Below, piece after piece: positions 57,613 through 64,000 of a DNA stretch of 64,000 bases (position 1 is the stretch's first letter; every line of letters starts with the position of its first letter). A model generated the notes under the pieces. It was not told where the DNA came from and ran no database searches. It was given only the letters and a program-made list of their open reading frames with translations. Made by a program: the position numbers and the translations under genes. This DNA is from an uncultured Reyranella sp. (GTDB lineage: Bacteria > Pseudomonadota > Alphaproteobacteria > Reyranellales > Reyranellaceae), in the NCBI RefSeq assembly GCF_945957355.1, contig NZ_CAMFKM010000002.1:443377-507376 (forward strand), written 5' to 3'.

Positions 57613-59547
57613 ATGGCCGCCGCACGAGATGACGACTACACCGATCCCGACGATATCGGCGTGAATGCCAGCACCGAGCCGTCGATCGGCGCGCTGATCG
57701 AGCGGCGCCTCAGTCGGCGCGATGCGCTGCGCGGCCTCGCGGGAGCCGGCATCGCGGCCTCGCTCGCGGGCCCGTTCGCCACCACGGACGCGCAGGCCCA
57801 GGTCAACGGTCCCTCGTCGCTCACCTTCAAGGAACTCGCCCACACGCTCGACGGCACGCAGCACGTCGCCGAGGGCTACGATATGCAGGTGCTGATCCGC
57901 TGGGGCGATCCGATCATCGGCGCTGGCGCGGACTTCGATCCGAAATCGCTGACCGCCGCCGAGCAGGAGAAGCGGTTCGGCTACAACAACGACTATCTCG
58001 GCCTCTATCCGTTGCCGGCCGGCAGCCGCAGCGGCGACCGCTTCCTGATGGTCGCCAACCACGAATACACCAACCCCAACCTGATGTTCGCCGGCCTGGG
58101 CAGTGGCCGCAGTGCGGCGCTGAAGGCCACGAAGGACCAGGTCGCGGTCGAGATGGCGTCGGTCGGCGGCGCGGTCATCGAGATCGCGCGCGCCGGCGCC
58201 GGCTGGAAGGTCGTGCCCGACAGCCGGTTCGCGCGCCGCCTTACCGCCACGACCCCGATGGTGATCTCGGGCCCCGCCGCCGGCAACGACAGGCTCAAGA
58301 CCTCGGCCGATCCCACCGGCACGAAAGTGCTGGGCACCTTCGGCAACTGCGCCGGCGGCAGCACGCCCTGGGGCACCTGGCTGACCTGCGAGGAGAATTT
58401 CCACTTCTACTTCGACGGCGACGCGGCGCGGCTGGCCGACACCGAACTCGGCAAGCGCTACGGTGTGGCGCGCGCCACCAACGCCTGGGGCCGGCATGTC
58501 GACCGCTTCAACTTCGACAAGGAGCCGAACGAGCCCAACCGCTTCGGCTGGGTGGTCGAGATCGATCCCTATGAGCCCGGCTCGCCGCCGGTGAAGCGCA
58601 CCGCACTGGGACGCTTCAAGCACGAGGGTTGCACCTATGCGCTGGCCAAGGACGGCCGGGTGGTGCTGTACAGCGGCGACGACGAACGGTTCGAGTATGT
58701 CTATCGCTTCGTTACCTCGAAGCCTTGGAATCCCAACGACCGGGCAGCCAACAAGAACCTGCTGGACGAAGGCACGCTTTCCGTCGCGCGCTTCAATGCC
58801 GACGGCAAGGTCGAATGGCTGCCGCTGGTGCAGGGGCAGGGCCCGCTGACGGCGGCGAACGGCTTCGCGACGCAGGGCGACGTGCTGGTGAAGACGCGAC
58901 TCGCCGCCGACCTGCTGAAGCCCACGCCGATGGATCGGCCGGAGGACATCGAGACCAATCCGGTCAACGGCCGGGTCTATGTCGTGCTGACCAACAACGG
59001 CCTGCGCAAGCCCGACCAGATCGACAAGGCCAACCCGCGTGGCCCCAACGATCACGGCCACATAATCGAGATCGCGCCGAAGGACGGCGACCATGCGGCG
59101 TCGGAGGGCACCTGGTCGATCTTCCTGATGGGCGGCAAGCCCGGGCAGGATGCCGGCGCGCGCTATCATCGCGCGACCTCGGAGAACGGCTGGCTGAGCT
59201 GTCCCGACAACATCGCCTTCGACAGCAAGGGCCGCATCTGGATCGCGACCGACGGCGGTCCTTCGGCTGCGGGCATAGCCGACGGGATCTATGCCGCCGA
59301 CACGGTGGGGTTCGGCAGGGCGCTGACGCGCTGCTTCTACCAGGCGCCGACCGGCGCCGAAGTGTGCGGGCCGATCTTCGCGCCGGACGACGGCACGCTG
59401 TTCCTCGCCATCCAGCATCCGGGCGAGGATCGCGGCTCGACCTTCGAGAAGCCCTCGACCCGCTGGCCCGACTTCACGGACGGCATGCCGCCGCGGCCGT
59501 CGGTGATCGCGATCACGAAGAAGGGTGGGGGGCAGATAGGAACTTAA
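57613..59547 (+). CDS. phoX: PhoX-family (DUF839) secreted alkaline phosphatase
   Basis: A Tat motif SRRDALRGLAGAG, with FGNCAGGSTPWGTWLTCEEN, RFKHEG and PDNIAFD. ATG 57613 lies 6 nt after CAGGAG. Confidence 0.85.
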   Translation: MAAARDDDYTDPDDIGVNASTEPSIGALIERRLSRRDALRGLAGAGIAASLAGPFATTDAQAQVNGPSSLTFKELAHTLDGTQHVAEGYDMQVLIRWGDPIIGAGADFDPKSLTAAEQEKRFGYNNDYLGLYPLPAGSRSGDRFLMVANHEYTNPNLMFAGLGSGRSAALKATKDQVAVEMASVGGAVIEIARAGAGWKVVPDSRFARRLTATTPMVISGPAAGNDRLKTSADPTGTKVLGTFGNCAGGSTPWGTWLTCEENFHFYFDGDAARLADTELGKRYGVARATNAWGRHVDRFNFDKEPNEPNRFGWVVEIDPYEPGSPPVKRTALGRFKHEGCTYALAKDGRVVLYSGDDERFEYVYRFVTSKPWNPNDRAANKNLLDEGTLSVARFNADGKVEWLPLVQGQGPLTAANGFATQGDVLVKTRLAADLLKPTPMDRPEDIETNPVNGRVYVVLTNNGLRKPDQIDKANPRGPNDHGHIIEIAPKDGDHAASEGTWSIFLMGGKPGQDAGARYHRATSENGWLSCPDNIAFDSKGRIWIATDGGPSAAGIADGIYAADTVGFGRALTRCFYQAPTGAEVCGPIFAPDDGTLFLAIQHPGEDRGSTFEKPSTRWPDFTDGMPPRPSVIAITKKGGGQIGT

Positions 59548-59553
59548 GAGAAA

Positions 59554-59615
59554 GGTCCCTCGCTACGCTCGGGATGACAAAGAAACCGTGTCATCCCGAG
59601 CGTAGCGAGGGATCC
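59554..59615. repeat. Palindromic REP/MITE-like element: GGTCCCTCGCTACGCTCGGGATGACA - 9 nt - TGTCATCCCGAGCGTAGCGAGGGATCC
   Basis: Read directly. It shares the unit of 50536-50606. Confidence 0.7.
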
Positions 59616-59628
59616 TTATCTATTCTGC

Positions 59629-59672
59629 GCCGTGCGAGCTCTCGCGCTTGATTACAAGCGCTGCCGCTCGCC
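59629..59672. repeat. 44-nt dispersed intergenic element (copy 2)
   Basis: Identical at 41 of 44 positions to 25737-25780. Confidence 0.6.
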
Positions 59673-59705
59673 AATGTTTAACGCGCCGCAGGCGCGTTAA
59701 ACATT
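59673..59705. terminator. Perfect 15-bp-stem hairpin AATGTTTAACGCGCC-GCA-GGCGCGTTAAACATT overlapping the ychF stop codon
   Basis: Read directly. The ychF TAA (59697-59699) and its last codons lie inside the 3' arm. Confidence 0.55.
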
Positions 59706-60794
59706 AAACCTGAAATGAAACACATCGCCGTCCTTGACGGCGTATTCCTTGCCTTCGAGCCGGAGCTTGCCGGCATCGCGGGCGCCGGCTTCGCCGTTCA
59801 GCGTGACATAGTCGTCGAAGGCGATGGTCTCGGCACGGATGAAGCCCTTCTCGAAATCCGTATGGATCACGCCGGCGGCTTGCGGCGCCGTGGCCTCGCG
59901 GCGCACCGTCCAGGCGCGGGCCTCCTTCGGGCCAACCGTGAAGAAGGTCACGAGGTCGAGCAGGGCGTAGCCCGCGCGCACGACGCGGGCGAGGCCGGTC
60001 TCCTCGAGGCCAAGCGAAGAGAGGTAGTCGGCCTGGTCCTCGGCCGGAAGCTGCGCCACCTCGGCCTCGATGGCGGCCGAGATCACGACCGACGGCATGC
60101 CGCGCGACTTGGCGAAGGCCTCGGCCTTGGCGCTGTGCTCGTTGCCGGTCGCGGCCGAGCTCTCCTCGACGTTCAGCACGTACATCATCGGCTTGGCGGT
60201 GATGAGCTGCAGGCGCGCGAACACCGCGCGCTCGTCGTCCGTCAGCTTGGCCTCGCGGGCCGGCTTGCCGTCGCGCAGTGCGTCCAGCGCTTTCTTCACG
60301 ACGGGGGCCTCGGCCGCGGCTTCCTTGTCGCCGCCCTTGGCCTTCTTCTCGAGATTGGGCAGGCGCTTTTCCAGGCTGTCCATGTCGGCTAGCATCAGCT
60401 CGGTCTCGACGACCTCGGCGTCGCTCACCGGATCGACCTTGCCGCTCACGTGCGTGACGTCGCCATCCTCGAAGCAGCGCAGCACGTGGACGATCGCATC
60501 GACCTCGCGGATGTTCCCGAGGAACTGGTTGCCCAGCCCCTCGCCGCGCGACGCGCCCTTCACCAGGCCGGCGATGTCGACGAACTCGAGCTGGGTGTTG
60601 ATGATCTTGCCCGAGCCCGCGATGGACGCGAGCTTGTCGAGCCGCGGGTCCGGCACGGCGACCCGTCCGACGTTCGGCTCGATGGTGCAGAACGGATAAT
60701 TGGCCGCCTGCGCCGCCTGGGTGGCGGTCAGCGCGTTGAACAGGGTCGACTTGCCGACATTGGGCAGGCCGACGATTCCGCAATTGAAACCCAT
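59697..60794 (-). CDS. ychF: Redox-regulated ATPase YchF
   Basis: 365 aa with GIVGLPNVGKST, DIAGLV.GAS.GEGLGN.FL and the C-terminal TGS-like IHTDFEKGFIRAE. Confidence 0.95.
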   Translation of the reverse strand: MGFNCGIVGLPNVGKSTLFNALTATQAAQAANYPFCTIEPNVGRVAVPDPRLDKLASIAGSGKIINTQLEFVDIAGLVKGASRGEGLGNQFLGNIREVDAIVHVLRCFEDGDVTHVSGKVDPVSDAEVVETELMLADMDSLEKRLPNLEKKAKGGDKEAAAEAPVVKKALDALRDGKPAREAKLTDDERAVFARLQLITAKPMMYVLNVEESSAATGNEHSAKAEAFAKSRGMPSVVISAAIEAEVAQLPAEDQADYLSSLGLEETGLARVVRAGYALLDLVTFFTVGPKEARAWTVRREATAPQAAGVIHTDFEKGFIRAETIAFDDYVTLNGEAGARDAGKLRLEGKEYAVKDGDVFHFRFNV

Positions 60795-60797
60795 GAT

Positions 60798-61436
60798 CTA
60801 CTCTTTGCTGCCCAGGCCCTTGATGTCGAGGCGGGCCGGAAGGTCGGGAGGCGGCGCGAGATGCGCCACCCGGCTCATGTATTTCTCGTCGGCCTTGGCG
60901 CCACCTTCGACCAGCAGCGCCGCTTCCTCTGCCAGCGCGTGCAGCACCTTCGGGACCCAGCCGTCCTTGGGATCGCGCTCGTCGCGCTCGAAGTCGTGCA
61001 GCACCCAGTGCAGCACCAGGTCCTTGTGGCCGGGATGGCCGATGCCGATGCGGACGCGGCGATAATCCTTGCCGACATGGGCGTCGATGTCGCGCAGGCC
61101 GTTATGCCCGCCGGCGCCGCCGCCCTTCTTCATGCGCACCCGTCCGGGCGCGATGTCGAGTTCGTCGTGGAAGACGACCAGCCGGTCGAGCGGAACCTTG
61201 AGGAAACGCACGGCTTCGCCCACGGCCTTGCTCGACTCGTTCATGAACGTCATGGGTTTCAGGACGATGACACGCTCGCCGCCGAGATGGCCTTCGGCCA
61301 CTTCGCCGTTGAACCGCGCACGCCACGGGGAGAAGACACGGCGGCGGACGATCTCGTCCACCGCCATGAATCCCACATTGTGCCGGTGCCCCGCATAGCG
61401 CGGCCCGGGATTGCCGAGCCCGACCAGCAGAAGCAT
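60798..61436 (-). CDS. pth: Peptidyl-tRNA hydrolase
   Basis: 212 aa with [10 protein letters not shown]...RHN.GF, then [11 protein letters not shown], then RIGIGHP. Confidence 0.9.
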   Translation of the reverse strand: MLLLVGLGNPGPRYAGHRHNVGFMAVDEIVRRRVFSPWRARFNGEVAEGHLGGERVIVLKPMTFMNESSKAVGEAVRFLKVPLDRLVVFHDELDIAPGRVRMKKGGGAGGHNGLRDIDAHVGKDYRRVRIGIGHPGHKDLVLHWVLHDFERDERDPKDGWVPKVLHALAEEAALLVEGGAKADEKYMSRVAHLAPPPDLPARLDIKGLGSKE

Positions 61437-61463
61437 CGACGGAGCGGAGCCTTCGCCCGCTCG

Positions 61464-62153
61464 TTACTTCTTCGCCGGGGCGGGAGCGGCCTTGCCGCCC
61501 GCCGCAGCGCCCGCCGCCGGAGCGGCGCCTGCCGCTGGGGCAGCGCCCTCGGCCGCAGCCCCTTCCGTCGTGGCCGCTTCGCGCGCCACGGTCGGGGCGG
61601 CGATCGACGCCACGGTGGCGTTCTTGTCGCGGGTCACCACGCGCGCGCTCTCGGGAATGTTGAGAGCCGACATGTGGATCGAGTGGCCGATCTCGAGGCC
61701 GGTCAGGTCGACCTCGAAGATTTCCGGAATCGAATCGGCCCGGGTGCGCAGCGTGACCTCGTGCATGACCACGTTCAGCACGCCGCCGCGCTTGATGCCG
61801 GGAGAGGCCAGCTCGTTGCGGAAGCGCACGGGCACCTGCACGGTGATGATCGAGTCGGGGCCGATGCGGAGGAAGTCGAGATGCAGAGGCTTGTCCGTCA
61901 CCGGGTCGACCTGCACGTCGCGCGGCAGGACGTCATAGTCCGTGCCGTCGACCGCGATCTTCATGCGGTGATTGAAGTAGCCTTCCTTGTGAATCTCGCG
62001 CTCGATCGTCTTCGGCTCGACGGCGATCATCACGGCCGGCTGCTTGTCGCCGTAGATCACGGCGGGAATCAGTCCTTCGCGACGGCTGGAACGGGCGCCC
62101 CCTTTGCCGGCCCGGTCCCGCATCTTCGCGACGACTTTGGTCGTCTCTGCCAT
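61464..62153 (-). CDS. rplY: 50S ribosomal protein L25 / general stress protein Ctc
   Basis: 229 aa with R...GKG..R..RREG.IPAV.YG and an Ala/Pro-rich C-terminal tail. Confidence 0.9.
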   Translation of the reverse strand: MAETTKVVAKMRDRAGKGGARSSRREGLIPAVIYGDKQPAVMIAVEPKTIEREIHKEGYFNHRMKIAVDGTDYDVLPRDVQVDPVTDKPLHLDFLRIGPDSIITVQVPVRFRNELASPGIKRGGVLNVVMHEVTLRTRADSIPEIFEVDLTGLEIGHSIHMSALNIPESARVVTRDKNATVASIAAPTVAREAATTEGAAAEGAAPAAGAAPAAGAAAGGKAAPAPAKK

Positions 62154-62228
62154 TTCAATTCTCCTTGGGTTGCTCTGTCATCGCGGCGTGGCCTCCAGGG
62201 GTGCCCATCGCCGGATCTCTTGAAATTC

Positions 62229-63161
<933 letters not shown>

Positions 63162-63338
63162 GGATCGCTGCCCTCGCGCCGGGGCGGGATGGTGTTAAGT
63201 CGTTGATCTAAAACAACAAAACGGCCATCCCGGGCCGCGACGGGGCGGAACATACCAATGAGTCGAAGCGCTGTAAACGCCCTGAAATATGGGCTTTTCG
63301 CCGCTCCCGATCGCCAGGCCCTCGAAACCCCGCACGCC

Positions 63339-64000
63339 TCAGGCGTGCGGGTTGGCGACGAAGGGCCACTGCGTCTTGTCGGCCTTGGTGTAGGGCAGCA
63401 GCGACCAGTCCGGCACCAGCGCGCCCGGAGCGGCAACATAGACCACCTCGCTGGCGATCGGCGCATAGGCGGCATGGAAGTGCTGCATCGATTTCACGAC
63501 CACGACCTTCTTGGTCGAGGGATCGACGCCGAGCTTGGTGAAGCAGTCGAGGCTGTGGCACTGCGAGCGCGTGGAGTTGACGATCACCGTCACGCCCTCG
63601 ATCTGCAGGGCGGCGGCATCGCCGATCGGGCTGGTGCCCTTGCGGGCACCGCCGAACTGGATGAACACGTTCTTCTCGAGCTTCAGCACCTTGGCACGCG
63701 CGTCGACCGGCGCACCGGATTGCGGCCCAAGCTTGCCGCCGAGGCGGATGTCCAGTTCGGCGCCTTCGCCCACTTCGAAGGCGAGCTTCACGGCGCCGGG
63801 ATCCCAGAACATGGCGATCGCCGCGTCCTTCACCTTGCCGTCGAGCAGGGCCTGGAGGATGAAGGTCGAATCAGAGGCGGCACCGCCGCCGGCATTGTCC
63901 GACACGTCGGCCAGCACCATGGGCTTGGGCAGGTTGTGCGAGCTGACCCGCGCCATGGCGGCGTCCAGGGTCACGTAGGGCGGCTGGGTGGCTTCGCGCA
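63339..64000 (-). CDS. M81-family metallopeptidase / MlrC-like protein, C-terminal part (5' end beyond the window)
   Basis: DNAGGGAASD followed by VVVVKSMQHFHAAY are MlrC C-terminal-domain-like. The frame stays open to the window edge. The hairpin CCGCACGCC-TGA-GGCGTGCGG spans the stop codon. Confidence 0.7.
   Translation of the reverse strand, partial: REATQPPYVTLDAAMARVSSHNLPKPMVLADVSDNAGGGAASDSTFILQALLDGKVKDAAIAMFWDPGAVKLAFEVGEGAELDIRLGGKLGPQSGAPVDARAKVLKLEKNVFIQFGGARKGTSPIGDAAALQIEGVTVIVNSTRSQCHSLDCFTKLGVDPSTKKVVVVKSMQHFHAAYAPIASEVVYVAAPGALVPDWSLLPYTKADKTQWPFVANPHA

Overview
This is a visibly GC-rich segment (GC not computed) that reads like alphaproteobacterial chromosome, Rhizobiales- or Rhodospirillales-like. 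That placement is judged from gene content and from the intergenic repeat families. I can support about 62 protein-coding genes, and most ORFs in the six-frame track are antisense or out-of-frame artefacts of the GC bias.

I found no rRNA, tRNA, CRISPR array, transposase, integrase or phage genes.

Housekeeping blocks:
- petABC (cytochrome bc1)
- hemF-trmL
- a nudix-cca operon
- ychF-pth-ctc-prs

Transport and metabolic genes:
- an HlyD/RbbA/YhhJ-type ABC exporter
- an IOR-family 2-oxoacid:ferredoxin oxidoreductase
- three Bug/TctC binding proteins plus tctBA
- many short-chain dehydrogenases (SDRs)
- a LacI-controlled Baeyer-Villiger monooxygenase (BVMO) cluster
- a CoA-transferase/CitE-like pair in which the lyase gene is frameshifted
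- a phytase-like/PhoX phosphatase pair

Nothing here is a clear-cut novel system. The best candidates for under-described biology are:
1. A membrane (multi-His) + [2Fe-2S] ferredoxin + class III cyclase fusion, tightly linked to an arsC-family gene.
2. A TetR-adjacent sxtJ/sxtK/sxtI-like membrane carbamoyltransferase triad.
3. The MoxR-DUF58-BatA_N/DUF4159-membrane four-gene envelope operon.
4. A small membrane protein plus a solitary ABC-like (COG4637-type) ATPase appended to the cca operon.

Several families of palindromic intergenic repeats (REP/MITE-like) are also present.

All family assignments come from motif recognition by eye and memory. No searches were run.
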